Assembly: GCA_951406725.2 (NCBI GenBank)
Contig: OX597825.1
Span: forward strand, 13,578,001-13,642,000
Reading direction: 5' to 3'
Length of the DNA stretch: 64,000 nt
Source of the DNA: Octopus vulgaris
Lineage: Eukaryota
Position 1 is the stretch's first letter, and every line of letters starts with the position of its first letter. Made by a program: the position numbers and the translations under genes. The notes beneath the pieces were generated by a model that worked only from the letters and a program-made list of their open reading frames with translations, was not told where the DNA came from and ran no database searches. Below are positions 1 to 12,762 of this stretch, piece by piece.

Positions 1-214
1 GAAAGGCTTCCAGCCATAGAAAATCTGCCTTGACAAATTCTGTCTGACCCATGCCAGCATAGAACAGTGGTCATTAAATGATGATGATGAAGGCATCTAT
101 TTAGTTCTTCACCATCAACAGCTGGAGTTCTCAACCAGTTTTTAGTCTATGGACCTCAATTCATTGCTATTCTGTTCTTGTTGATGATGACTGTCCCCTA
201 CCATATCCATTTAA

Positions 215-586
215 CCCTTTTGTTGCTGTATTTATTTTGAGATGCTCTGTGTTTCTTTCAACTACTTTAAATATAACAAAGAATTTAGTAAAATAACTTA
301 GTTATCATTCAGCTAGTGTTAGGAACATAAATTGTGACTAAAGTCTGATAGATTTTAGTTCAAAACTTATGAAAACAAGAGAGTCAAGACTATTGAAAAG
401 GTTGCAAGATACAACGAAAATTTTAGGAAAATAAAAATAAGAAATAAGTGGAGATTTTATTGGTGAGTGTGTTAAATTATAAGGCACAAAAAGAAAATGA
501 CTCTCCCCAGACACAACAGAATATGAAAACAAGACATTTGTTTCACAGAGTCAGAGCTGGTTTCAGCTGGGTTGGTAATGAAAGGA
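215..586. mobile_element. piggyBac-like MITE (TTAA-flanked) with internal insertion
   Basis: TTAA at 211-214 and 587-590; ends CCCTTT...AAAGGA; internal ~140-bp insert flanked by direct repeat TATGAAAACAAGA. Confidence 0.5.
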
Positions 587-1488
587 TTAATGTTTAAAAA
601 CTAGCTTTACAGATATTTCTTTTAAGTTCTTGTATTGTTTCACACACATTAACCTGTGTAGGTTGAACTATGTAAAATGTCAGAGAAAGAAACCAAGCTG
701 TTTTTTCCAATAAAGACATCAAAAGCAAAATTTTTCGTAAAATCTTAAAATATTTCTGTGAAACCCCAATTTACAATTTTTACTATTTACTATTTTGGAT
801 CCCAAAAATCTTACACGGGCCCACCACGGATCATACAGAACCACTGATCTACACCTTAAAAAGGATGCAATTAAGTCACTGAATCATCGTCCTCATCATC
901 ATCATCATCTTCATCTTTGTTTTACATCCATTTTCACTGCTAGCATGGGTTGGACGTTTTTTAACAGGAGCTGGCCAGTCGAAGAGCTGTTCAAACTTTA
1001 ATTACCTGTTTTGGCATGGTTTCTGTGGCTGAAATGCACACCTAATGAGAGCATATGGTGACAAAGATGGTTGGAGTGGCTTTGATTTCAGAGATGAAGA
1101 CAGAGGAAAGCATTAATGTTGATAGCCGTAATACCAACGATGGATGTAACGGCGATACAATGGAGATGTAATAATTAAGATGATACCGATAAGTTTGTAG
1201 AATTCTTTAGTAGTATCTAAATTATCATGTTTATTATCTACAACTTGCCATCTTAAAAAAAAAAAAATTAAAGATAATTTGGTTGAAAATAAAATTGTTA
1301 TTAAAAACTAAAAATAAACAAATGTTGGTTTTAATGAAGCTAAATTTTTCTTAACAGACTCATTTATAAGTATTATTTTGAAGTATTTTCGACTATAACT
1401 TTAATCTGTTAAATAGAGTTTTTTTATATTGTGTAACCTTGTTGAATCGGAAGGTTATCACCTTAAGAGTTATTTATTTCTGTACGTG

Positions 1489-1490
<2 letters not shown>

Positions 1491-1552
<62 letters not shown>

Positions 1553-1557
1553 TGTGT

Positions 1558-1644
<87 letters not shown>

Positions 1645-1657
1645 TGTGTATGTGTGT

Positions 1658-1728
<71 letters not shown>

Positions 1729-1772
1729 TGTATGTGTGTGTATGTGTGTGAGTGTGTGTGTGTGTGTATGTA

Positions 1773-1812
<40 letters not shown>

Positions 1813-1827
1813 AATGTGTGTGTGTGC

Positions 1828-1881
<54 letters not shown>

Positions 1882-1924
1882 GTGTGTGTGTGTGTATGTG
1901 TATGTGTGCATGTGTGTGTGTGTG
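1491..1924. repeat. (TG)n microsatellite, ~430 bp
   Basis: Read directly from sequence. Confidence 0.98.
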
Positions 1925-3133
1925 TTCCTAATATCGCCATAAACAACTTACAAGAGCTTCCATCCAGTTGTGTGATACCAGCTTGATTAGTTTTCGGTAC
2001 TTATCTTGTTTCGATGCCGGCATTGATTTTTTTTTTACCGTCGTCTTTGTGTTTGTTGTTTGTTTTATGTTTTGTTGGGTTTTTTTTCCTTTCCTTTTTT
2101 AGCTTTTTTTTTTCGCCCTCTGATCATTTACTTCCTTCTTGAATAATCTAAAATGTTATTCAGCCGCTTGTAATTTCACTTAATTTATTATTAACAGCGT
2201 TAATGTTTCTGTTATCAACGGTTATGTTATGTAATCACCGATGATGTTAGAAATAGTGGGGGGGGGAGGAGGAAAAAGAGAAACCACAATTACCATAGCA
2301 AGGAAAAGAACACAACAAACATTACCTTTTATCGCAGTTTATTTCTTCTCTCTCTTGATGTTAGTTTTAACGAACTTGTCAAGAGAGATCGTTTAGATTT
2401 CCTTTCGCTTTTGATGTTCACTTAACTCGTAAATGGTTTTAACTTTATCATTTTGTTATCATTTGCTAATTTTTCCTGTTATATCTATAGATTTCTTCTA
2501 TTTTCTTTGGAGTTTTTGGTTTAGCTAAGGTAGAGAAGGCATTCTCTCTTTACCTTTCTCTCTCCTTTGTCGTTCCTTCTTATTTATATTTTTTTTCAAT
2601 TAAAGGCTGGTTTACTTTATTGGCAGAAACTGTGGTGAAGTTATCTCTAAAATTAGAAGAGACAATAATATCGCTATATATTTGTTGTTGTATTTGATTA
2701 CAGACATTAATAAGTCTCCATTTCTGTAAGCAATTCCTGTGATCGTCAAAAGATACCGATGTTGTTCAGGGACAGGGAGATAAAACACAGAGCATCTTCT
2801 TTCCAAAGAAGTTTTTCCAATGTGACAAACAAGACTGTATATTATTTTTGCAACCGAAAACTATGTCACAAGAAAACATTAAATTTAGTCAATATTTGCA
2901 CAGAATGCGGAGAACCAGACAAACATTACTTTTCTTTCGGTAATGACATAAGCCTAAACCGTTCTTACACCGTGTTCTCATTTTTAAATTACATTAGCAA
3001 TTTTACATTAATTTGATTTCCTAATGATATGAAATGCTAAAGTACTACAACGTAGGGCATTTATGATTGATTGGTTAACCATGCATCCCCTCCACAGCAA
3101 CACATCTGTATCTGTCCTCCTGCCATGCCTTAA

Positions 3134-3354
3134 CCCTTTAGTGTTCACATTATTCTGCCAAAATTAATCCTTTTTCATCCACATTGTTTTGAACTAATCA
3201 TGCATTATCTTGTAGTTTTGAGATTCTGATGAGGTAGCTGTTAATTTTTAAAACGATATTGTAGGGTTGGTGTGAGAGACCAGATCTGGCCAGTTTGAAC
3301 ATAAAACAGGCAGAATACTTTTGGCCGGATATGTCCAGTTTAAATGCTTAAGGG
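3134..3354. mobile_element. piggyBac-like MITE
   Basis: TTAA TSD (3130-3133, 3355-3358), CCCTT...AAGGG termini; related copies near 7351-7820, 11905-12000, 31754-31981, 32028-32340. Confidence 0.65.
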
Positions 3355-4444
3355 TTAATTTCTCAACATCTCATAGAAGAAGTTTCGTGGGAATACTGAA
3401 TTCACAAGTGGTCCCCGACATCCCGCATGCATATCCTGAGTGACAGGACGCCTGTTTGCCATGGAGTCTCCACAGACACAGGGACAGAATGACCTCAAAG
3501 CCGCCGGATGCCGATCAGATGCCTCTTGGAATTTTCACCAGTTGGCCAGGCTGCGGTCCTAATACCACTTGGGTGGCCCTAACAGGAACCAAAGTTCCTG
3601 ACGGCATAGCTCTGACACTGCCCGTTTACACCACCATACCACTTTGAGAAGGGGTTGAACTTTAGGGATGGACCAGAGAAGAAGCTGGCTCAACCCGCCC
3701 TGAGTGAACGCCGTCACATGTACAAGAACAAGTCTCAACATCTGGTACCAAGCCATTATCTTCAATTCTACATCACCATTCTCTTGCAAATTACCTGGTG
3801 ACTTCACCAGTGCTTGGTGCCATGAAAAAATGCACCTAGTGAACTCTAAGTTGTTGGCATTAGGAAGGACATGCAGTCTTAGAAACCTTGCCAAAATAGA
3901 CATTAGAGACCAACACAGCTTTCTGGTTGGTCAGATCTCAAAACTTCCTTCCCATTTTAGCATGGAATACAGACATTAAAGGATGATAGTGATGATGATG
4001 AGGAGGAGGATGGTCTGCTTTGAGTTCTAAAGAATTATTTTGCACCAATCTATCCAAGGCTGCATAGTAGTCAAACTACTTTTTATGCCCTTCCTACTGG
4101 GAACCACTCAACCTTGAAATAGAAGCAGAGCAAGTTTAGGAGCATAATTTGTTTTCTTCTTCATTCAAGCAGTTTGGAACAAACTGTTATCTGCTTTGCT
4201 TGAAGATACAACATAATGACAATGGTAAAAATTTTAGTTAAAATCAGGAAGAAATTATGAATCCATTTTTACTGAGTTGGAAGAAATGCCGCCAAACCCT
4301 TAATTTGATGTGGTAATGATTCTTCTTGGTCATGTCTTTGGCTTATTTTGAATAATTAATCCAAATTATTATTTCAGCTAAAATTTCTGACAATGTGGAC
4401 AAAACACAAGAGATTGCTAACATTTGTCAGACAACAAATTTATA

Positions 4445-4672
4445 TTAGTTTCAAATTTTGGCACAAGGCCAGCAAGTTCTGCTTAGTGGGTGGGGAGGGG
4501 GCAAGTTGATTACATCAACCCCAGTATTCAACTGGTACTTATTTTATCAATGTTGAAAGGATGAAAGGCAAAGTCAACCTCAGCAGAATTTGAACTCAGA
4601 ACGTAAAGATGGACGAAATGCTGAAAAGCGTTTGGTCCAGTCTGCTAATGATTTGGCCAGCTTGCTGCCTTT
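4445..4672 (-). mobile_element. tRNA-derived SINE, Nin/Deu-like central domain
   Basis: Matches the window's ~240-bp family (A box GGCAGAATCGTTAG, B box GAGTTCAAATTCC, GCCTTTCATCCTTTCGGGGTCGATAAATTAAGTACCAG). Confidence 0.75.
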
Positions 4673-4682
4673 ATCAAGCATC

Positions 4683-4689
<7 letters not shown>

Positions 4690-4717
<28 letters not shown>

Positions 4718-5180
4718 TTAATATCCGCTTTCCATGCTGGCATGGGTTGGATGGTTTGACTGAGGGTTGACGAACCAGAAGGCTGCACCAGGCTCCAGTC
4801 TTATCTGGCAATTTTTCTACAGCTGGATGCCCTTCCTAACGCCAACCACTCCGTGAGTGTTGTGGGTGCTTTTTACATGCCACTGGCATGAGGGGACAGT
4901 CAGGCAGTACTGACATCAGCTATGCTTGAATGGTGCTTTTTATGTACCACCAGCATGGGCCAGTTAGGCAGTACTGACATTGGCCATGCTCCAATGGTGC
5001 TTTTTACATGCCACTGGCACAAGGGCCAATCAGGCAGTACTGGCGTTGGCCATGCTCGAATGGCGCTTTTTACGTGCCACTGGTATGAGGTCCAGTCTGG
5101 CAGCACTGACATGAACCACACTCGAATGGTGCTGTTTACGTGTCACCAGCATGGGTGCCAATAACTTCACTTGCCTCAAC
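4690..5180 (-). mobile_element. Meta-domain-like SINE 3' part with (ATG)n tail and ~62-bp internal repeats
   Basis: GGTTGGCGTTAGGAAGGGCATCCAGCTGTAGAAA motif on - strand; more than 10 copies in window. Confidence 0.75.
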
Positions 5181-5547
5181 GACTTCCCTTGCCTCAACGA
5201 CTTCCCTTGCCTCAACGACTTCCCTTGCCTCAACGACTTCCCTTGCCTCAACGACTTCCCTTGCCTCAACGACTTCCCTTGCCTCAACGACTTCCCTTGC
5301 CTCAACGACTTCAACCTTCCCTTGCCTCAACGACTTCCCTTGCCTCAACGACTTCCCTTGCCTCAACGACTTCCCTTGCCTCAACGACTTCCCTTGCCTC
5401 AACGACTTCCCTTGCCTCAACGACTTCCCTTGCCTCAACGACTTCCCTTGCCTCAATGACTTCCCTTGCCTCAACGACTTCCCTTGCCTCAACGACTTCC
5501 CTTGCCTCAACGACTTCACTTGCCTCAACGACTTCCCTTGCCTCAAC
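5164..5547. repeat. 18-bp minisatellite ACTTCCCTTGCCTCAACG, ~21 copies
   Basis: Counted directly; 7-nt interruption at 5308-5314. Confidence 0.97.
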
Positions 5548-6121
5548 AATATTGGTTTCGAATTTTGGCACAAGACCAGCTATTGTAGACGAGGCTGCAA
5601 GTCGATTACATCAACCCCAGTATGCCACTGGTACTTAATTTATCGACATCGAAAAGATGAAAAGCAATGTCAACCTCAACATAAAGACAGACGAAATGCC
5701 ATTAAGCATTTTACCAAATGTGTTAGCACTTCTGCCAGTTTGTTGCTTTGAAAGAATAATCAGAATGGTGAAAGGTTAATTCCTTTTATGCATCTAAATT
5801 TGGAAGTTTTGTTTTATTTCCACGAAGACAAAACTGTAAAAAGCAAAAAAAAATTTATATTGGTTCCATGTAAAATTGTAAAAGACTGACATCAATGGTT
5901 GAGCAAGTTTTTCTGTTATACGTCCATATATTTTTGCCTGAAAGCACAAGAATGATGGATGGCATCGTTTACACTGAATGACTGACACAATGATAAACTA
6001 GATGCAGATAGATATTTTATGATTGCTTCGTATTCTGAGTTCGAAATCTCTTGGGTTTTGGTAAGAAATTGTCAGGAAGTTATTGGAAGTTAGATTGAAA
6101 AGTTTGGCTAAATTCAGAATA

Positions 6122-6604
6122 CTCTTTACTCTTTTACTCTTTTATACTTGTTTCAGTCATTTGACTGCGGCCATGCTGGAGCACTGCCTTTAGTCGATCA
6201 AATTGCCCCCCAGGACTTATTCTTTGTAAAACCCGGTACTTATTATATCAGTCTCTTTTGCCGAACCGCTAAGTGACAGTGACGTAAACTCACCAGCATT
6301 GGTTGTCAAGCAATGCTAGGGGGACAAACACAGACACACAAACATGCACACATATATATATATCATCATCATCATCATTATCATCGTTTAACGTCCGTTT
6401 TCCACGCTAGCACGGGTTGGACGGTATATATACATATATACGACGGGCTTCTTTTAGTTTCCGTCTATCAAATCCACTCACAAGGCTTTGGTCGGCCCGA
6501 GGCTATAGTAGAAGACACTTCCCCAAGATGCCACGCAGTGGGACTGAACCCGGAACCATGTGGTTGGTAAGCAAGCTACTTATCACACAGCCACTCCTGC
6601 GCCT
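6122..6604 (-). mobile_element. CORE-like tRNA SINE (~400 bp, abundant octopus-type family)
   Basis: Head GGAGTGGCTGTG...GGTTCAGTCCC, CORE-like CTTGGG(C/G)AAGTGTCTT, internal (TG)n, GTAAAAGA-type tail; small nested Meta-SINE tail at ~6363-6424. Confidence 0.8.
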
Positions 6605-6989
6605 ATTTAACTTCTTAGAAATATTTTTTGCAAATATTCTTTTGCCTTACATTTATCGATGCCATAGGTTAGGTTTGATAGATTAATTCTCACTTCACTG
6701 ATTAAATTTTTGTTGGTGATGTAACATGCTAATCATATGCAAATCAGTTCTTAAAACCCCTTTCTGTTGGCCTGTATAAAGTAAACATGCGTACTACATC
6801 ATATAAAATGTAGAGAATTATGGAAAGTACCCCACAATAAAAAAATTAGTTTAATCAGTTCCTGTTTCTCAAATGCACAAGGACAGAACCAAATATATTT
6901 GATTCCCAAACGGTAAGAGTTCACCCTTATGTTACCAATCAGGTGAAAACTGCTCCTGGTTCCATTATAAAACCTTCTTCTTTTAAAGT

Positions 6990-7285
6990 GACTCTCCATC
7001 AGTTACTACAATGAGGGTTCCAATTGATCTGATCAACAGAACAGCCTTCTCATGTGGCTGAGTATTCCTCAGACACATGAAGTTCTTGGGGAGATTCGGT
7101 GTGACATAGAATGTGACAAGGCTAACCTTTTGAATTGCAGGTAAAACTCATTTTTACCAGCTGAGTAGACTGGAGCGACATGAAATAAAGTGTCTTGCTC
7201 AAGGACACATGTTGCCGGGGAATTGAACTCATGACCTTACAAACACGAGCTGAATGCCCTAACCTCTATGCCACGCACATTCACA
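6990..7285 (-). mobile_element. tRNA SINE with CORE-like and distinct 3' domain
   Basis: TGTCCTTGAGCAAGACACTTTATTTC motif; homologous segments at 44120-44237, 44560-44790, 54950-55225. Confidence 0.6.
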
Positions 7286-7563
7286 GTTTTAAAGTAATCT
7301 CAATTAAAACCTTCCTTTAAAATTTCATATTCCTATTATGTTCCAAACATTAATCCCTTTGGCTTTCAGATTATTCTGTCAACTATAATGCTTATTTATT
7401 CGAATTAGTTGGAATCAGTCCAGTAGTGTCATGCTGCTTCAAGATTTCAATGATGAGAGCATGTATTTTTAGAATGATATTGTATGGTAGGTGTGAGAGG
7501 CCAAATCTGGTCAGTTTTAACATAAAAGAAGCGAAATATTTGGGCTTGATATGGCCAGTTTAA

Positions 7564-7795
7564 AGCGGCGAGCTGGCAGAATCGTTAGTACGCCGGGCGA
7601 AATGCTTAGCGGTATTTCATCTGCTGCTATCTCTGAGTTCAAATTCTGCCGAGGTCGACTTTGCCTTTCATACTTTCGGGGTCGATTAAATAAGTACCAG
7701 TTACGCATTGGGGTCGATATAATTTACTTAATTCGTTTGTCTGTCATTGTTTGTCCCCCCTGTGTGTAGCCCCTTGTGGGTAGTAAAAAAATAAT
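7564..7795 (+). mobile_element. Full-length Nin/Deu-like SINE inserted in a MITE
   Basis: A/B boxes; flanked by ~16-bp TSD ATATGGCC(A/T)GTTTAAA. Confidence 0.85.
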
Positions 7796-8511
7796 ATGGC
7801 CTGTTTAAATACTAAAGTATTGAAGTAGCACTGGTTCATATCTATCTATCGATCTATCTGTCTGTCTGTCCATCCATCCATCCGTTCATTCGTCCCTCTG
7901 TCTGTCTGTCTGTCTATCTGCCTGTCTGCCTGTCTGCCTGTCTGCCTGACTGTCAGGTTAAGGGAATATAAATACACCAACACCCGTTGTTAAAAAGTGG
8001 TGGTAGAAAACCACACATACACATAGATACACACACACACACACACACACAAAGACACACACACATGTACAACGGGCGTCTTTCAGTTTCCAGTTACCAA
8101 AATCCACTCACATAGCTTTGGTCAGCCGAAGACTATAGCAGAAGACATTTGCCCACGGTGCTACACAATAAAACCGAACCCACAACCATGCAGTTTGCAG
8201 GCAGACTTCTTATGACACAGCCAGCCACGCCTGTGGCATACATTTCAATTTCAAAGAATTTTTTTTAGATTTCTAAATTTCTAAAACAAAACACCCTTCT
8301 CACTCATAGCATCTGTAGCAGCACATTTCTTCGAAAGATCTGCTTATGTTTCCATCCTGACGACCAGCTTATAATTCCATATCAAAACACTAATTAAAAT
8401 ATCCACCATCACACATACTCTTAAACTGCATCTGTCTAATGTTCAAAGACCTACATTAACTAGTTTTGCTTCCTCATCTCTCAGACTGATGAATGGAATA
8501 AATAATATTAT

Positions 8512-8927
8512 ATATCTTTACTACTCACAAGGGGCTAAACACAGAGGGGACAAACAAGGACAGACAAAGTGATTAAGTCGATTACATCGACCCCAGTGCG
8601 TAACTGGTACTTAATTTATCGACCCCGAAAGGATGAAAGGCAAAGTCAACCTCAGCGGAATTTGAACTCAGAACGTAACGGCAGACGAAATACTGCTAGG
8701 CATTTTGCCGGGCATGCTAACGTTTCTGCCAGCTTGCCGCCTTATAATATTATATATCTTTACTGCCCACGAGGGGCTACACACAGAGGGGACAAACAAG
8801 GACAGACAAAGAGATTAAGTCGATTACATCGACCCCAGTGCGTAACTGGTACTTAATTTATCGACCCCGAAAGGATGAAAGGCAAAGTCGACCTCGGTGG
8901 AATTTGAACTCAGAACGTAACGGCTAT
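8512..8927 (-). mobile_element. Two tandem Nin/Deu-like SINEs (8512-8743 full, 8752-8927 5'-truncated)
   Basis: Near-identical to other family copies; flanked by ~200-bp direct duplication. Confidence 0.85.
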
Positions 8928-9384
8928 GCATCTGTAGCAGCACATTGCCTCGAAATATCCGCTCACGTTTCCATCCTGACGACCAGCTTATAATTCCATA
9001 TCAAAACACTAATTAAAATATCCACCATCACACATACTCTTAAACTGCATCTGTCTAATGTTCAAAGATCTACATTAACTAGTTTCGCTTCCTCATCTCT
9101 CTCAGACTGATGAACGGAATAAAAATAATGCTATAAAGATGAGCAGTTTCATATCAGACTCGTCTACACTGCCTTATTATCACTGTGAACTATCGGTTTA
9201 TTTGAGTATTTTATTGTGACTTCCACATTGATTTTTCCCTCTACACACACTCACGGAGCAACTACGCAAGCCAAGCACTCAGATGTCTGCTGTATACTTT
9301 TCACTACATTCAGGCTATATAGCTGATAGAGCGGTGATAAGCAAGTCGATGTGTATCTATGTGGTTAGATGCATACGTATGTGT

Positions 9385-9506
9385 GTCTGCAGGTGCGTGT
9401 GTGCGTGTGTGTGTGAGTGTGTGTGTGTGTGTGTGTGTGTATGAGTGGGTGTATGTACGAGTGGGCGTATGGGTGTATAAATGAATGTGTATATATTGAT
9501 GTATAT

Positions 9507-9542
<36 letters not shown>

Positions 9543-9822
9543 ATATATGTATGTACATATTTATACTATACATACATATACATGTATACACACACACATG
9601 CACACACACACACACACTCACACACACACGCACACACACACACACATGCACACACACACACATACACACATATGTATGTATGTAGATGTCTATATACATG
9701 TGTATATATACAGATATATGCATATATCCGTGCATGCACATGTCTATATATGTGTGTCTAAATACATATGTAATATATGAATGTGTATATGTATGTGTGT
9801 GTGTGTATACATATATATGTAT

Positions 9823-9909
<87 letters not shown>

Positions 9910-9910
9910 C
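9385..9910. repeat. Mixed (TG)/(CA)/(TA) microsatellite
   Basis: Read directly. Confidence 0.95.
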
Positions 9911-10667
9911 CTCGAGCAACAAAAATAATCAACCACAACTCTTTCCTTCCTTTCCTTCCTTCCATCCTTCCTTCTTTCCTTCTGCGTCTTCTTTCTTCTT
10001 ACCTTCATCTCCTTCACTTATCTCCTTCCATTCTTCCATCCTCTCAAACTCCTTCCTTCCCATCACTTGCTTCTATTCATTCACAACGTCTCTTTTCCTC
10101 TTTCCTTCTAATCTCTTTCCTCTCTGACGTAAATACTTTTATGAATTAGTAGTGACACCAATAACTATTCGAAACAAGCACCTACCTAGATATCAACTAG
10201 GCAGTTACTAGTAGCAACTGTCATCTAAATTCTTAGTTACTGTTGGCGCTTGGAACTCGGTGTTACCTTCATTTTTTCAGACCATTCTGTCAAATATGAA
10301 GGTGCATGGCTTAGTGACACTTGCCCAAGGTGGCACACAGTGGGACTGAACCCAAAAGCATGTGGTTAGGAAGCAAGCTTCTTAGCTCACAGCCACGCCT
10401 GTGCCTCAACATCATCATCATCATCATCATCGTTTAATGTCTGTTCTCCATGCTAGCATGGGTTGGACGGTTCGACCGGGGATCTGGGGATCCAGAAGGC
10501 TGCACCAGGCTCCAGTCTGATCTGGCAGCGTTTCTACAGCTGGATGCCCTCCCTAACACCAACCACTCCATGAGTGTAGTAGGTGCTTTTTACTTGCCAC
10601 CGGCACAGAAACCAGTCAAGACACCGCTGGCATTGGCCACGTTTGGATGGTGCTTTTTATGTGCCAC

Positions 10668-10703
<36 letters not shown>

Positions 10704-10704
<1 letters not shown>

Positions 10705-10913
10705 TTTATTTAAAGCAGCAGAAAATTCAACAAAACCTGTTACTCTGAGTTTCACATTACCGTTCGTCGGACAGTTTTTGCTAGAATGGTAACGTGAAAC
10801 TCAGAGTAACAGGTTTTGTTGAATTTTCTGCTGCTTTAAATAAAGCATATTACTCTACCACTGGTATTTGAGTACTCTTTTTCCACCTTGTTTCACATTT
10901 ATGTGTTTACTCC

Positions 10914-10915
<2 letters not shown>
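10704..10915. mobile_element. Fold-back non-autonomous element (family C) in (TA)n, PLE-like
   Basis: 62-bp inverted arms 10704-10765/10784-10845 (60/62 match); homologues at 47190-47325 and 55930-56112. Confidence 0.7.
10737..10774 (-). ncRNA. Minimal type-I hammerhead ribozyme-like motif (family C)
   Basis: CUGU-CCGACGA-ACG[GUAA]UGU-GAA-ACUC[A]GAGU-A-ACAG: stems I/II/III all pair; U4C core variant. Confidence 0.6.
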
Positions 10916-11005
<90 letters not shown>

Positions 11006-11244
11006 TATATATACATAGCCACATAAAAGCACCTCTCCACCTCTGCTGACGCCCTCATCATCATATATGACATAGTGCCAGTTATTCTGTCAGATGTAAT
11101 ATTTTTCCATTCACATTCCCCTCCTTCCTCCTCCTCCTCCACCTCCTCCTCATCCACCTCCTTCTCCTCCTCCTCCTCATCATCATCATCATCATCATCT
11201 TCATCATCATCTTCATCATTATCACCACCACCACCACCACCACC

Positions 11245-11630
11245 ACCATTCAACATTTGTTGTCCATGCTGGCATGGGTTGGACAGTTTGACCAGGGCTG
11301 GTAAGCTGAGAGACTGCACCAGACTCCAGTCTGATTCAGCATGGTTTCTACTGCTGGATGCCCTTCCAAATATCCCCCACTCCAAACGTGTAACACATTG
11401 CTTTTACATGCCACCTGCATGGGTGACAGTTGCCTGATGCCAGTATCTGCCACATCTACAATTTCGCTTGGTTTAATGGGTCTTCATGAATCTCAAGCAC
11501 GATATATTGCCAAAGATCTCAATCCTTTGCCACTGGCTCTGTGAGGCCCAACACTTGGAAAGTGCTTTTTGTATGCCACCAGCATGGGTACCAGTTATGT
11601 GACGCCAGCATCTGTCACATTGCCTCCATG
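11245..11630 (-). mobile_element. Decayed Meta-domain-like SINE
   Basis: Homology to other copies (GCTGGATGCCCTTCC, CCATGCTGGCATGGGTTGGA). Confidence 0.65.
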
Positions 11631-12051
11631 CAATATCTCATAGCTTCAAAATTTTGACGACAAGATTGTTAATTCTTTGAATGTCATTCAAAGTGTTGTA
11701 TTGCATGTTTGATTTACGATATCACGAGATAATAACAATGTCCTTGCAAATCATTCTGCTCAAGTTACTGGTAATAACCACCAACAATATGCAACTCTCG
11801 GCTGTAGACCACTCAAATGATTCTCTGCGCATGTCCATTTATATTGTGGCACAGTCCATTAGCAGCCAACCAACAGGGGTGTTCTACTTCCACACAACAC
11901 AAAGGTAGGTGTGATAAGCTGGATCGGGTTGGTTTGAGCATAAAACAGATAGCATATTTGGGCCAGATATGGTCAGTTTAAATGTTAAAATGCTAAAAGT
12001 AACCATTATTGATTCCAGTGTGTTTAAAGAATCCTGCTTGATTGGAATAAA

Positions 12052-12302
12052 GCAGCTTCTGGATCACTTTGATGATATTTTTGAGAGCTTTGGTAGAGGG
12101 GCTGAATACTGATGCTTTGATGGGGTTGATCATAAGATCCTCTTGAGAAAATTATCCAGCATTGGTGTCTCTAGAAAGTAACTACAATGGACCGAGTGTT
12201 TCCTGACAGGCAGAACCCAACACATCGTAGTTGAAGGAGTAAAATCAAGCCCAGTCAAAGTCAGGAGTGGTGTTCCACAAGGCACTGTGGAACACCACTA
12301 CT
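12052..12302 (+). pseudogene. CR1/L2-clade LINE reverse transcriptase fragment
   Basis: Translates AFDGVDHKILLRKLSSIGVSRK*LQWTECFLTGRTQHIVVEGVKSSPVKVRSGVPQGTV (non-LTR RT AFD..H and SGVPQG motifs) with a stop. Confidence 0.85.
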
Positions 12303-12362
12303 TTCTGTGTTGATTGAGTTGAAGGTGGTTTTGTCCCTAAAACTTCTTTTGTATATATGTAT

Positions 12363-12755
12363 ATCATCATCATCATCGTTTAGCGTCCGCTTTCCATGCT
12401 AGCATGGGTTGGACGGTTCAGCTGGGGTCTGGGAAGCCAGAAGGCTGCACCAGGCCCAGTCTGATCTGGTAGTGTTTCTACGGCTGGATGCCTTTCCTAA
12501 CGCCAACCACTCCGTGAGTGTAGTGGATGCTTTTTACGTGCCACTGGCACAGGTGCCAGACAAGGCTGGCAAACAGCCACAGTCGGATAGAGCTTTTTAC
12601 GTGCCACCGGCACAGGGGCCCATTGGGGTGACACTGGCAACGGCGATGTTTGGATGGCTCGCTTACATGCCACTGGCATTGGTATCGCAGCTGCAATTTC
12701 CATTGATGTCGATCGATTTCGATTTTGATTCTCATTTTTACTTGACTCAACAGGT
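12363..12755 (-). mobile_element. Meta-domain-like SINE
   Basis: (CAT)n tail, Meta-like motif, three ~62-bp subunits. Confidence 0.75.
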
Positions 12756-12762
12756 ATATATA

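Noticed and set aside
3390-3720. Possible LINE ORF1 / zinc-knuckle remnant
   Set aside because: GC-richer and TE-like but no convincing motif in any frame
5030-5751. Long repetitive ORFs (ASTTSL, FPCLND, RQGKSL, VVEARE)
   Set aside because: Translations of an 18-bp minisatellite that is open in all frames
10704-10845. pre-miRNA or terminator hairpin
   Set aside because: Belongs to a dispersed family with variable inversion points; better explained as a mobile-element fold-back
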